A stretch of 64,000 nt of DNA, taken from positions 169,119-233,118 of the forward strand of contig CAWAKC010000010.1 in assembly GCA_963782525.1 (NCBI GenBank). Reading direction: 5' to 3'. Below the pieces are notes generated by a model. It was given only the letters and a program-made list of their open reading frames with translations. It did no database searches and had not been told where the DNA came from. The DNA is from Candidatus Bathyarchaeota archaeon. Lineage in GTDB: Archaea > Thermoproteota > Bathyarchaeia > Bathyarchaeales > Bathycorpusculaceae. Numbering within the stretch: the first letter of the stretch is position 1; each line of letters begins with the position of its first letter. The position numbers were made by a program, and so were the translations under genes. Of this stretch, positions 29,993 to 40,715 are shown piece by piece.

Positions 29993-30235
29993 CTACGGTG
30001 AATAAATAACCAAAAAATTTCTAATCTCTTCCACTAAAAACCGTCTCTTAAGAAAATTTCCAATTTCATGAAGGTTATAGTTGCCCCTTATTTTCAGTTG
30101 ATAGCTACCTATTTTATCTAGTTCCAGAATAACAAAACTTGGACAAACAAGTTGGTTAGCGCCTAATTCGCTTAGTAGAGTTATTGCTTCTTTGCGGTTC
30201 ATTTGTTTCCCCATCCATTCACATTGAAGGTTCAA
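29993..30235 (-). CDS. small hypothetical protein, paralog of 10532..10756
   Basis: Shared EA..LL.ELGAN.LV.P and Y.L.IRG.Y motifs. Confidence 0.7.
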   Translation of the reverse strand: MNLQCEWMGKQMNRKEAITLLSELGANQLVCPSFVILELDKIGSYQLKIRGNYNLHEIGNFLKRRFLVEEIRNFLVIYSP

Positions 30236-30379
30236 AGTTTATAACATTTTTTTACAGACTTCGGGCAAGTTGTTTAGCTCAAACCTCTAAAGGGATGATT
30301 AGTTGTTGAGTTATTGCGGCAAACGAAATGGGGATTAAAAGAAAATTTACGTGCAGGATAAATCAACGTTAATATATTT

Positions 30380-30943
30380 TTAAGTTTTCCGTTTGCTTGC
30401 TTCATCAGGTTTAGGCAGGGAACCAATCCATTCAGCTAGGTCCTTGAACATCATGGCAAAAACTACATCCTCACTTGACAACATCTGCGAATACTGAGCT
30501 ATCGCATTGTCGTCGAGTTCTTCAGTCAGGTTTGGCAACTTAAAATCGTATTTTTCAATTATTCTCGGTCCAAAATCAAACGCTGGATCAGAAAGCAGCG
30601 ATTCGAACTCCCGCCTCTTTTCCCTCATCTGTGCGTAAATGTCTTTTCTTATGTCCGAAATCATCGCTTTAATTTTTTCGTTAACCTCTGGAATCCCTTG
30701 TATGATTTCTTGACTGACTTTGTCTTGGGCTTTTCCGTCCATCGCTTCTGCCATTCCTGAAGCCATAGCGCTTGTTGCATCCACCATTAAATTTGTAAAT
30801 GCACCCATCATCGTGCTCATCAGAAGAACGCTCGTGTTAGCCATTGCGTTTAAGATTTTAGTTTCTCGACCTGACTTGCTAAGCAAAGCTGCATGTTCAA
30901 TTTTTGTATTTTCTTTTTCTGTCCCACGTTTTTTTCTTGCCAT
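30380..30943 (-). CDS. hypothetical alpha-helical Met-rich protein
   Basis: 187-aa ORF with ATG start. Confidence 0.6.
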   Translation of the reverse strand: MARKKRGTEKENTKIEHAALLSKSGRETKILNAMANTSVLLMSTMMGAFTNLMVDATSAMASGMAEAMDGKAQDKVSQEIIQGIPEVNEKIKAMISDIRKDIYAQMREKRREFESLLSDPAFDFGPRIIEKYDFKLPNLTEELDDNAIAQYSQMLSSEDVVFAMMFKDLAEWIGSLPKPDEASKRKT

Positions 30944-31065
30944 GAAGCTATCCTCGTTTTAGATAACTAATAACCTTATCACAAACAAAAAGATTCGGAG
31001 GAAAAAAACGAGTAGGGGAACATTAATTACCAGATCTATCGTTTATCCATAATGGAGTTTTTTAG

Positions 31066-31713
31066 TTGTCAACTCCTATAGATGTGGTTCTTTGTTTTCA
31101 TAATGCTTTTCGCAAAGATATGGCAGAGATAGATTATCAAGTCCTCACCATTGCTCAGCACGGGGGAAATCTGTTGCCTGTTTTAGACCGGTTGCATGTC
31201 ATGGATGAAATCTTAGATTATCATGCTCGAGGTGAGGAAGCTGCGGTCTTTCCTGCTGTCGACAACGTCGCACCCCTCGTAGCCAGAGCGTACTTGATGG
31301 ATCATCGAGAACTTGACAAGATGGTCGAGACCCTGAAAGATATGCGGCTACAAAAATCGCCAGACCCGCTCCTCGCGTCCAGAGCTACGGCGGTTCTAAA
31401 TTCGCACTTGCGGATTCATTTAGATAAAGAAGACGCTCACCTCTACCCGATTCTAAGAGAGAAAACAACAGTAACCCAACAAGTGGCGATTGGTGGAATT
31501 ATGTCGAGTAAGATCCCGCCAGACCGGTTCCCCGCAGCGATTGCGTGGCTGTTCCCCCTGCTCAACCTCAACGACCGAGTAACAATCACGAGGGGCTGGA
31601 TGATGTTTATGCCTCCGCAAGTGTTCGCGGGCGTTAAGCCGATCATAAAAAATGCTGTTGCGGAAGACTGGGATGCGATTGTGCAGCGAATCCCAGAATT
31701 GGATGACAAATAA
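31066..31713 (+). CDS. hemerythrin/HHE cation-binding domain protein
   Basis: HNAFRKD, HARGEE...VFP, DH and HLDKED..LYP motifs. Confidence 0.88.
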   Translation: MSTPIDVVLCFHNAFRKDMAEIDYQVLTIAQHGGNLLPVLDRLHVMDEILDYHARGEEAAVFPAVDNVAPLVARAYLMDHRELDKMVETLKDMRLQKSPDPLLASRATAVLNSHLRIHLDKEDAHLYPILREKTTVTQQVAIGGIMSSKIPPDRFPAAIAWLFPLLNLNDRVTITRGWMMFMPPQVFAGVKPIIKNAVAEDWDAIVQRIPELDDK

Positions 31714-32044
31714 TCAGTTTTTGTGCAAGTGTTTTTCTTCTTTTAGAAGTACCAGCATTTCATCAATGTTTAAGGTTCTTCTTTTTCGCTCTGTAATCAT
31801 GGATTATTTCATTAATCTCTTCGATGGATAACTCGGAGGTGTTCTCAACTTCTTTATTTAGGCATTTGCTTATTTCTGTCAATTCTTTGGTTAGGTCTGC
31901 TTTCTCATTCTTTGCCATAGACTAAACCACCCATATTTTTACTTTCTTCCCTAAAAAGATGCGTAACAAGCACACCAATGAGATCTATTCTGAAAGAAGA
32001 AAAACACAATCCTGTAGGAACAGCTGTTTTTCTTCTTCTAAGAG

Positions 32045-33211
32045 CTAAGGTTTCTTTCTCTTCTTCTTCATAGTCAATGCCAAGCTTACAACAACCACCG
32101 CCACAACGGCGACTAAAACCAAAATTAGCAAAGACATGTCGACTCCGACATTATTGCCTGGACTATTTGGTGTTGATGTGGAACCTCCCGTTGAGGTTGT
32201 TTGGGGTGTGGTTGGCTGAGGGATAGCTGTTGTTGAGGGAGTGGGGTAACTCTGGAGGTTTGGGCTTCCCTGTTGCTGGGTGTATACTGAGGATGGTACT
32301 GAGCCAGGTCCTGGAGCACTGCTTGCGCCTGATGAATTGGGAACAGCCATTGTCCCAGATGGAGTTGCAGTACCCACGTACGGTGTTACCCAATAGTTTG
32401 GTTGTTGAGCCTGAAGAGTTATTGTCGCGTTTGTTTGAGGTGGAAGGACTATTGCTGAACCCGCCAGACCAGTATAAATTGGATATGCGATTATCACCCC
32501 GTTCACAGCTTGGCCAGAAGCGCCAACATTTGGCGGCGTTAAAGAACCGGTTTCGTTAGACGGAATCCAAATCCAAGCATTAATTTGAACGGGCGCGGTA
32601 GGTGCGATTAGATTTGCAACGCCGTCCGCTCCGGTCGTAGCCCAAGTAACAACGTTCGGTTCATATCCCCAGTAATATGAGGAACCAATTACTGACGCCG
32701 ATACTGAGGCACCTACGGCAGATGTTCCATTGGCATATTGAACGGTCACGGCAAGCGGGTTTGTTGGGAATTGAGTGACGTTTTGGGTAGTAATAGTGAA
32801 TGTTGTTGAGCTTGAAATCTGCTTCACCGAAAAACCGTATTCAACGGCTGGAGCTATGTAAATGGGCAACGAGGGAATACTCGAAGAGCTCGCCACGCCA
32901 CTGGACGCAGACAGCAGCGGAACAGGATAGACCGAATTAGATTCATTATTTGCAGTCACAGTGAAAATGAATTGACCATTGGGCAGGTCAAAAGAGGCTG
33001 CAGAATAATGGGTCTGAACTGATGAATCCAGATAGCCGCTCATGTTGAAGGCGTTAACGACGAAATAGTCTGCTTGGATGCTTGAGGTTTGAATGCTGAC
33101 CTCTACATTGTTAAGTGTGACTGCGCTAACTGGCGAAAAAGAACCTAAACCAAGAATACCTAAACCTACGATGCTGACGACCGTGATTAAAAGCAAAAAA
33201 TTTCTTTGCAT
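32045..33211 (-). CDS. Ser/Thr/Pro-rich surface protein with C-terminal TM anchor
   Basis: Signal peptide, beta-rich domains, PT-rich linker, TM helix then KKKRKKP. Confidence 0.8.
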   Translation of the reverse strand: MQRNFLLLITVVSIVGLGILGLGSFSPVSAVTLNNVEVSIQTSSIQADYFVVNAFNMSGYLDSSVQTHYSAASFDLPNGQFIFTVTANNESNSVYPVPLLSASSGVASSSSIPSLPIYIAPAVEYGFSVKQISSSTTFTITTQNVTQFPTNPLAVTVQYANGTSAVGASVSASVIGSSYYWGYEPNVVTWATTGADGVANLIAPTAPVQINAWIWIPSNETGSLTPPNVGASGQAVNGVIIAYPIYTGLAGSAIVLPPQTNATITLQAQQPNYWVTPYVGTATPSGTMAVPNSSGASSAPGPGSVPSSVYTQQQGSPNLQSYPTPSTTAIPQPTTPQTTSTGGSTSTPNSPGNNVGVDMSLLILVLVAVVAVVVVSLALTMKKKRKKP

Positions 33212-33495
33212 AAGAGCCCTCTGATACTTAATTTCTTGGGTTGATATAAAGTTCGCTAAAAATTCCTACCTATTGACACCCTTTGGCGGTATAGCAGAAC
33301 CACGAAGACGTTTGCACAAATATTGATCTATCTAAGCCTGTCTTGTCTGTTGTCTTTCGAGTCTGCCGAGTTTTTTCTTTTTGCGTGCATCGTCTCTATC
33401 TTTCTTTTTTCGAGGCTGAGGCTTTCCCCGATCTTGTTCACCTGTTTCGCCCTTCTTACTCATCTCACAGTCTCCTTCTGATTGTTAGTCTATTC

Positions 33496-34197
33496 TTAAT
33501 GCCCTTTTGACTCATGATGAGTTGAATCAAGATGTCTCTCCATCTCTGCGTGACTCTTGAAGGGTCTTCCGCAGATTGGACAAAGAATCTGATTAGGGTC
33601 TAATCCTCTCAAGGGAACTTCTCTAGTGATTGGCATTTGTTCCATGTTTTTTGCAGCTACAAGCGTGGTCTCGGTGGGTACCATTAGTTCTTGCTCTTTC
33701 TCTTCTTTATGGCCCATTTTGGTGTGGGTATTCAACGCTTCCATGTTCATGAAGCCCATTCCGCATACGGGGCAGGTTAAAATCATGTTTGGCATAAGAA
33801 CCCTGTCTAAAACATGAATTAACCCGTTGTCTGCTACGATGCCGGTGTCCGTTATGTTTGCGTCGTTGATTTTGGGGTTCACGTGGAGATGCAATTTTTG
33901 GGCGTTAATTTTGACTTCTTGCCCCTGAATTGTTTTGACTGAATCCATTTTGCTGATTTCGTCAATGGTTAGTTTTCCCGCAACGATGTGGTACATTAGA
34001 ACTGCTGTCAACTTAGGCACGTCCTTTAGAAGACCGTCAACTGCGCCTGGGGGAAGTTTGGCGAAAGCTTCATCGTCGGGCGCAAAAACAGTGAAAAGGC
34101 CGCCTCTGAGCGTGTCAACTAGTTCTGCTGCTTGAACTGCTGAAACAAACCTCTTGAAAGTTCCAGCCACCATAATTGTGTCAAGTATGTCTCCCAT
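33496..34197 (-). CDS. fasciclin (FAS1) domain protein with two C2H2-type zinc fingers
   Basis: FTVFAPDDEAF, LMYHIV, NGLIHVLDRVL; CPVC...HTKMGH and CPIC...HLDSTH. Confidence 0.88.
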   Translation of the reverse strand: MGDILDTIMVAGTFKRFVSAVQAAELVDTLRGGLFTVFAPDDEAFAKLPPGAVDGLLKDVPKLTAVLMYHIVAGKLTIDEISKMDSVKTIQGQEVKINAQKLHLHVNPKINDANITDTGIVADNGLIHVLDRVLMPNMILTCPVCGMGFMNMEALNTHTKMGHKEEKEQELMVPTETTLVAAKNMEQMPITREVPLRGLDPNQILCPICGRPFKSHAEMERHLDSTHHESKGH

Positions 34198-34741
34198 TCA
34201 TTTTTCCTCCAAAGAAATAATCGGGTAACTGTTATGCCGATTGCTTGGCAATATGAGTGAAGCCAGAAGGCTACATATAGTATTGTGACTGTGGTTAATC
34301 AACAACAAAACAAATTTTTGTTTTTTTAATTCTTTAAGAATCGTTTTTGAGGTTGTTAAGACCCGTAAAATTCTTTTTTGTTCTTTTTGTGTGGGTGTGG
34401 CGCTGTAAAGTTGGACACTACACTTGGGGCTTTGGAAATGGTTGCTTTTTTGGTTTGGGTTGTTTTTTATTTGTGGTTTTGGTGTGGGCGGTTGGATTTG
34501 TGCTCACGGTCAACATGGGTTCTATGTTGAGTAGTGTGAGTGTGAGTGTGGGAGTATGTTGGCGATTCTATTTTTGTGTCATGTGTATGATTTTTCTTTC
34601 TGTCATCCTAAACTATGGTAATCCTTCTTTACCGAATGTTATTAGTCTAGGTTAACTGCACTGTCGCTTAACTTTGGGTCTTGGTCTCCAAACGTGCTGG
34701 TTATCTGTTTCTTTATCGGATAGACATGTCGCATTTCTGCA

Positions 34742-34876
34742 ATTATAACTTTGAAAACGAACGAATTCCACTTAGCAACAGCCAAGACAGTTCTAGATGC
34801 TTCGAGGCTTGTTGAAGCAGGCTTTGATCATGGCTGCGATTTCGGTGAACTCAAATTATTCAGAAAGCACAAGTAG
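34742..34876 (+). pseudogene. C-terminal remnant of an archaeal tyrosine integrase
   Basis: NEFHLATAKTVLDASRLVEAGFDHGCDFGELKLFRKHK-stop resembles the A(K)T.EEA..L.EAGFE...KLFRKRK tail I recall from Bathyarchaeia integrases; no catalytic domain upstream. Confidence 0.6.
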
Positions 34877-34909
34877 ACCCTATTTAAAACAGGGGCATAG
34901 ATTATCGCT

Positions 34910-34931
34910 GTGGCGGCTGGGATTTGAAACC
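34910..34931 (-). other. degenerate tRNA 3'-end-like (att relic) sequence
   Basis: Reverse complement ggtttcaaatcccagccgccac, 33 bp after the integrase remnant stop. Confidence 0.4.
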
Positions 34932-35036
34932 TCTAGTCCCTGGAGATGTCACCTGCAAATCCTCTTTTTTATTGTCAAAGAAAAGAACTACTGATTTATG
35001 TGACTAACGAATGAAACAAGGATGGCTCCAAAGGTG

Positions 35037-35477
35037 TTATTTGACGGAGTATACTTTGAAGGTGTATTCGCCTGTCGCCATGTTGTAGGTAGCTTCTGAC
35101 CAGCCTTTGGTTGTATTCAGGTATGCGAGTTTTTGGGAAGGCGTTTGAAAAGTCAGGTTTGCCTCAATCTTTCCAATCGGAGTTGGGTCAATAAGTTTAC
35201 CGCTGGCCTTTCCCATTACGAAGATAGGTTCGCCGTTGCTAAATATGATTGATTTGAGGTCAAGATCACTTATTCCGCCTGGCTTCATGAGAATGTTATG
35301 CGTGGACATAATTTGTCCAGTGACTTTGCCACTTACTTTTCCAGCAACCGTGATGTCAAGCCTTACGCCTTCAGGAGTGAATTCCTTTATATTGACTGAG
35401 CTGGTGTTCTCTGTTCCTTCAAAAAGCAGTTCTTTTTCCATAGTGTTTACCTTTAAAGTTTGATTGAAGGTTAGCAA
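35037..35477 (-). CDS. hypothetical beta-barrel protein
   Basis: Alternating beta-strand pattern; likely start at MEKELLFEG. Confidence 0.65.
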   Translation of the reverse strand: MLTFNQTLKVNTMEKELLFEGTENTSSVNIKEFTPEGVRLDITVAGKVSGKVTGQIMSTHNILMKPGGISDLDLKSIIFSNGEPIFVMGKASGKLIDPTPIGKIEANLTFQTPSQKLAYLNTTKGWSEATYNMATGEYTFKVYSVK

Positions 35478-36092
35478 GTTAAGCGTTTGTGATTGTTTGT
35501 GGGCTACTACAAGAGATCGTCGAAGCGGCTATGAAGTTTGAGGAGGCTCTTTTCGGAACCCACCCCTGAACATTATGTCAGGATGGGCTTTTGCCTGAAG
35601 CATGATTTCCTTCCCTGTTATGGGTTTAAGAAAGTTGTTTGCTTGCGAATTGCCTTGGATTCTTTCCAATTATTGATAAACTAATCACTAATGCCTTTCA
35701 AAATTTCAGATGAATCAAATCACTTATTGGATGAACTTCAACTAGTTTCATTTTAGACAAAATAAGCTCAAAAACAACACTAACTTGTAAAATGGCGCGG
35801 GAGGGGGATATAGTCCCAATTTACCAGTAAAACGATCTTAAGGATTAGACCGACAAGAGTATATCAAACTTGGTAAGTCCTAGTGCTTAATCTGAAAACT
35901 TACTTTAAAGACTCCAGCTCTACGTTTCCAAAGGTTCATTCAACCCATAGAAGATGTTTGTTCAGTGAAAATTACAACCTGGTTATCGACGTAACCTTTA
36001 ATGACCGATACTTAATCGAGAGGATGTTACTAGCAAAAAGAAAACATAAAAAGATTGAAAGATTTTCTAAATCAGAGTTTCTTTTACCACGC

Positions 36093-36385
36093 CTAAGTTA
36101 GTCTCAAGTAGAGGGATACTTGATCTTTTGTTACTTTAAGGTTTAATCCATTTTCGGTGCAACATAACGCGCCTTTTTCTAACGCAGAAATTGCCAATGT
36201 GTTTCTGGGAAGGTCAAACAACGCGGGTTTTACACCAAGGATTTGTTCGCTAGCTTCCTTGGTTAATTCGATTTCAAGGTGAGTTATTTTCCACTCTTCG
36301 GATCTATAATGGCGTCTTTTACTTTGCCCACGACAAAACCGTTTGCGCCCGTTAAAATTTGGTTAACTAATTGATTAAATTTCAT
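36093..36385 (-). pseudogene. PRC-barrel protein, frameshifted
   Basis: MKFNQLVNQILTGANGFVVGKVKDAIIDP, then after a 1-nt shift near 36298, EWKITHLEIELTKEASEQILG...LNLKVTKDQVSLYLRLT. Confidence 0.65.
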
Positions 36386-36841
36386 CAAAATCTACTCCAA
36401 TTAAAATATAACTGTTTTTTTCTTATAAAGTATTTCGGTTGCCAAACACACGCACCGACAACTACCGACCCCATAAAAATCAAAACCACCTTTAGCCTAG
36501 CAATATACATAATTAAAGCAGTTGGTGAATACGGAAACGATAGACAAATAGTTAACAAAAATAGAAAACTCGCCGATATTACCCATTAAGACGTCATAAA
36601 GCTAGCTCAAAACCCAAGAAACAAAGATTTGTCTAAAAACCTTTAATACGCTTTAGATTTGTCGGACAGGCGCAAATATGGAGGATGATGATTTCGGTCT
36701 ACGGTATTTTCCTCTATAATATTGCCTCTTCCATCTTAAAGCTATTTCCAACTCGAGTTGGAACCTTCCAAATTTGTTGGATCCAAGTTCTGATAATAAA
36801 CTTGGAAAAAACGCTGATAAATCTTGGTTTTTTCGATGTGC

Positions 36842-37072
36842 CTATCTTTTTTCTGGCAAGATTGGGTCACCTGGCAGGTAAACTGCTTTTTTACTGATTT
36901 CTGCACTGCAGGATCCAGCGTGGGCTCTGCAATAATCTTCGCAGTCTTGTGCTATGTTTTTTTCTGAGTATCCAAGACCGCAAATATCACATAGAAAAAC
37001 CGTTTTGTTTCCGATCTTTTTTTCTGTAACCAACAGAAACGCTTCCATAAGAATTACTAATACGTCTGGCAT
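36842..37072 (-). CDS. small Zn-finger protein
   Basis: FLCDICGLGY....AQDCEDYC..H...C motif. Confidence 0.7.
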   Translation of the reverse strand: MPDVLVILMEAFLLVTEKKIGNKTVFLCDICGLGYSEKNIAQDCEDYCRAHAGSCSAEISKKAVYLPGDPILPEKR

Positions 37073-37292
37073 TTAAAAATAAGTTGACCCAAGTAGCTGA
37101 AAAATTCGATCTAACTATCAGGAGAAAGAGCAGGAGACAAGTCTTTGAACATTCTAATAACGTATCAAGTCATACTCTTTTTCTCCACGAACCTTTTTGA
37201 CTTCGGTTGCCTTGTTGCGTAGCCGTGAAAGAAATACTTCGAGATAGCTTTTTGTTAAGAATTTTGCTTGGATAGAGGTTTCTTATTGTTCA

Positions 37293-39611
37293 ATGCTAGT
37301 AACACCTGTATTAGTTCAATGTTGGGTGACGAAGTTGGCGATTGATTCTTTAGCTGCCGGATGGACGAAAGCACTCAGTGTCGATAGGAAACAGTTTAAC
37401 TTATTTGTCGAGAAGATGATGGATGGATTTGCCTATCATAGAATTGTGGTCGATACGAATGGTAAACCTGTTGATTATGTTTTTCTTGAGGTTAACGATG
37501 CTTTTGAAAGAATGACAGGACTAAAAAAAGAGAGACTCTTAGGTAAGAAAGTAACTGAAGTTCTCAATGGAATACAGAACGACCCCGCAAACTGGATTGG
37601 AGTTTACGGGCGAGTTGCAATTACTGGAGAGGCAATTCAATTTGAGAACTATGCTGAATCTCTTGATATGTGGTTTAATGTTTCTGCTTACTGCCCAGAA
37701 AAAGGCTATTTTGTTGCTCTTTTTGAGGACATTACAGAACGCAAAAGATCAGAACGAGAGCTTTTGAGGACAAAGAACGATTGGGAACGTACGTTCGATA
37801 GCGTTCCCGATCTCATCGCCATTATCGATAATAAGCACAAGATTGTGCGCGCAAACAAAGCCATGGCTCAGCGGTTGGGAGTCACTCCTGAAAAAGCCAT
37901 CGGACTCGATTGTTTCACTTGTGTTCACGGAGATACGGCGCCGCCAGAATTCTGCCCTCACTCCAAATCCATCAAAGATGGAAAAGAACACATCGCCGAA
38001 GTCCATGAGCCACATCTCGGAGGCGACTTTCTCGTAAGCACTACGCCGCTGTTTGACGAAAAAGGGTGTATAGTAGGCTCTGTCCATGTGGCTAGAAACA
38101 TAACAGACCGCAAGAAGGCTGAAGAAGAAATTAAACGGGTAAACGAAGAGTTGGAAGAGATGGTTCTCAAACGCACAGAAGAGATTTATGGCGAACGCCA
38201 CCGCCTTTATAGCATTCTTGAAGCGCTTCTTGTTTATGTTATATTACTTGACAAGAATTATTGTGTGCCATTTGCTAACAAGGTCTTCCGCGAGCGTTTC
38301 GGTGAGTCGCATGGAAGACGCTGCCATGAGTTCTTGTTTAAACGTGACTTACCTTGTGAAAATTGCGAATCCTACAAGGTCCTGAAAAATAATGGGCCTC
38401 ATCACTGGGAATGGACCGGTCCAGATGGCCGCGATTATGACATTTATGACTTTCCGTTCGTGGAAGCGGACGGCTCAACTCTTATCCTCGAGATGGGAAT
38501 CGACATTACAGAGCGCAAACGCGCTGAAAAACAAATACGCGATGTTTCTCTATACTCACGTAGCCTCATAGAAGCAAGTTTGGACCCTCTGGTCACCTTC
38601 AATGTTGAGGGTAAAATCACCGATGTTAATCAAGCAACAGAATTTGTCACAGGTTGCTCAAGAGAAGAATTGATTGGCAGCGACTTCGCGGATTACTTTA
38701 CTGAACCTGAAAAAGCCAAGATGGGATATAAACGGGTCTTCAATGAGGGGTTTGTACGAGATTACCCACTGGCAATTAGACATAAATCTGCAAAAATAAC
38801 CGATGTATTATACAATGCTGCCCTTTACACAAATGAAGCAGGCGAGATGCAAGGTGTTTTTGCAGCGGCAAGAGACATTACACAACTAAAGAAGGCTGAA
38901 CAACAAGCTGAGGAAAGCGCTAAGAAACTAAAAGATGCTGAGCGTTTAGCTGCGATTGGGGCTACTGCAGGTATGGTTGGTCATGACATTCGTAACCCGT
39001 TGCAAGCAATAACAAGCGACGTTTTCCTAGCTAAAACTGAATTGGCCTCGACTCCAGAAAGTGATGAGAAAGCAAATGCGTTAGAAAGCTTAATAGAAAT
39101 TGAGAAGAATGTTGATTATATTAACAAGATTGTAGCGGATCTTCAAGATTTTGCCAGACCCCTAAAACCAAATGTAGAAGAAACCGACATAAAACTCGTA
39201 ATTGACGAATTATTGGCAAAGAACGGTTTGCCTGAAAACGTGAAGGTGAGTGTTAGAGTGGAATCTGATGCTCGAAAAGTTTTGGCTGACTCCGCTTACA
39301 TAAACCGTATCATGTACAATTTAGTGAATAATTCAGTTCAAGCAATGCCCAAAGGCGGAAAACTAACCATAAATGCTTACAAAGAAACGAACGATTCTAT
39401 CATAACAGTTGAAGACACAGGTGTTGGGATTGCTGAAAGCGTGAAGGGCAAGTTGTTTACACCAATATTCACAACAAAAGCGAAAGGTCAAGGATTTGGC
39501 TTAGCTGTGATCAAACGTATGACTGAAGCGTTAGGCGAAACCGTCTCTTTTGAGAGTCAAGAAGGCAAGGGAACAACTTTCATGATACGTTTGCCCTCAC
39601 CAAAGGGCTAA
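37293..39611 (+). CDS. multi-PAS sensor histidine kinase
   Basis: Four PAS/PAC repeats (DITERK), H-box GHDIRNPL, N-box NLVNNS, DTGVG and GFGL. Confidence 0.95.
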   Translation: MLVTPVLVQCWVTKLAIDSLAAGWTKALSVDRKQFNLFVEKMMDGFAYHRIVVDTNGKPVDYVFLEVNDAFERMTGLKKERLLGKKVTEVLNGIQNDPANWIGVYGRVAITGEAIQFENYAESLDMWFNVSAYCPEKGYFVALFEDITERKRSERELLRTKNDWERTFDSVPDLIAIIDNKHKIVRANKAMAQRLGVTPEKAIGLDCFTCVHGDTAPPEFCPHSKSIKDGKEHIAEVHEPHLGGDFLVSTTPLFDEKGCIVGSVHVARNITDRKKAEEEIKRVNEELEEMVLKRTEEIYGERHRLYSILEALLVYVILLDKNYCVPFANKVFRERFGESHGRRCHEFLFKRDLPCENCESYKVLKNNGPHHWEWTGPDGRDYDIYDFPFVEADGSTLILEMGIDITERKRAEKQIRDVSLYSRSLIEASLDPLVTFNVEGKITDVNQATEFVTGCSREELIGSDFADYFTEPEKAKMGYKRVFNEGFVRDYPLAIRHKSAKITDVLYNAALYTNEAGEMQGVFAAARDITQLKKAEQQAEESAKKLKDAERLAAIGATAGMVGHDIRNPLQAITSDVFLAKTELASTPESDEKANALESLIEIEKNVDYINKIVADLQDFARPLKPNVEETDIKLVIDELLAKNGLPENVKVSVRVESDARKVLADSAYINRIMYNLVNNSVQAMPKGGKLTINAYKETNDSIITVEDTGVGIAESVKGKLFTPIFTTKAKGQGFGLAVIKRMTEALGETVSFESQEGKGTTFMIRLPSPKG

Positions 39612-39679
39612 ACGGTATGCCGTCAAAGAAATTGTAAAAACTAACTGAAAGGCTAACATAACCCACGCCAAATAACCAT

Positions 39680-40072
39680 GTGGATGGTATTGCCATAGTA
39701 ATTGAGTTGTGTTTTATGTCAAAGAATTTGCCTAATAAAAAGCAGCACCAAGCAGTTGAAAGAATTTTGAGGACGGTGCCATACGAGGAAGGTTTCAATT
39801 TCTATATTAATATTGGTCAACCGACTAAATATACTGCATCAAGTCTGGAACAACTCGCTAATGAACTTGAAGTTGTAGAGACAACGTCAGTTAACTTTCA
39901 TTTTAATAGAGCAAACTTTCAAGAATGGATCAGTAAAATATTGGAAGATATTGAATTATCCCGCAGATTGGACAGAATTCCAAAGGATATTGTTGGCAAA
40001 CAGCTGAGAAAAAAGATTATTGAATTTGTAAAAGCACGAAAAGATGAACTTAGCAAGTTTCAACTTTCATAG
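39680..40072 (+). CDS. DUF5752-like protein
   Basis: VPYEEGFNFY, ASSLEQL and SVNFHFNRANFQEWI motifs. Confidence 0.75.
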   Translation: MDGIAIVIELCFMSKNLPNKKQHQAVERILRTVPYEEGFNFYINIGQPTKYTASSLEQLANELEVVETTSVNFHFNRANFQEWISKILEDIELSRRLDRIPKDIVGKQLRKKIIEFVKARKDELSKFQLS

Positions 40073-40715
40073 CTCCACGCATCTTAGAAACAGGACTGTA
40101 ATGAGTGTCTTTGGTGTAGTGGCGAGTTAATTTCTTGCAGCCAAGACACATTAGCCATCCTGCAAAGTGCGCGTAAGCCAAATGCGCGCTATGTCTTAAT
40201 CAATACGTGGGTTCAAATCAGTCCACTGCCTAATTGCCAAAATAACACACGCTAAAACCTCAAACAAGTGAAGTTTCGCAAATTTTGACATAGGTTCGAA
40301 TCTGCCCGTCTATATAGAATAGCGCTTCTATCTCGTCGCTTTGAGAAAATTACTCCCGTTCGCATTGACCCCTTTTTCGGTAGGGATTAAAGGAAAAACA
40401 GAATTGAAAACGCTACACTAAATGTCCCAACGAATAGACTGTAGGGTACAGCGATTAATGGAATGCTAAAACTAAACCCAAGAAGGAAGATATGCCGAGC
40501 AAAGCCAAACCATCAAGAGCATTTAATTCCAGTGACTATTATTATGTCTTTTTTCATCTTAGAATCTTGAAAAAGAGTTTAGCTATTCTTATGTTAGAGA
40601 GGTCATTGAAAAAACCAGGTATTGCTAAGGTTGAAAGGGCTTTTAAAAATAAAATAAAACCATCTGCATTTGTTTGTGCTTAACCATTTTGTTCATTATG
40701 GTGCAAACCGCTAAA

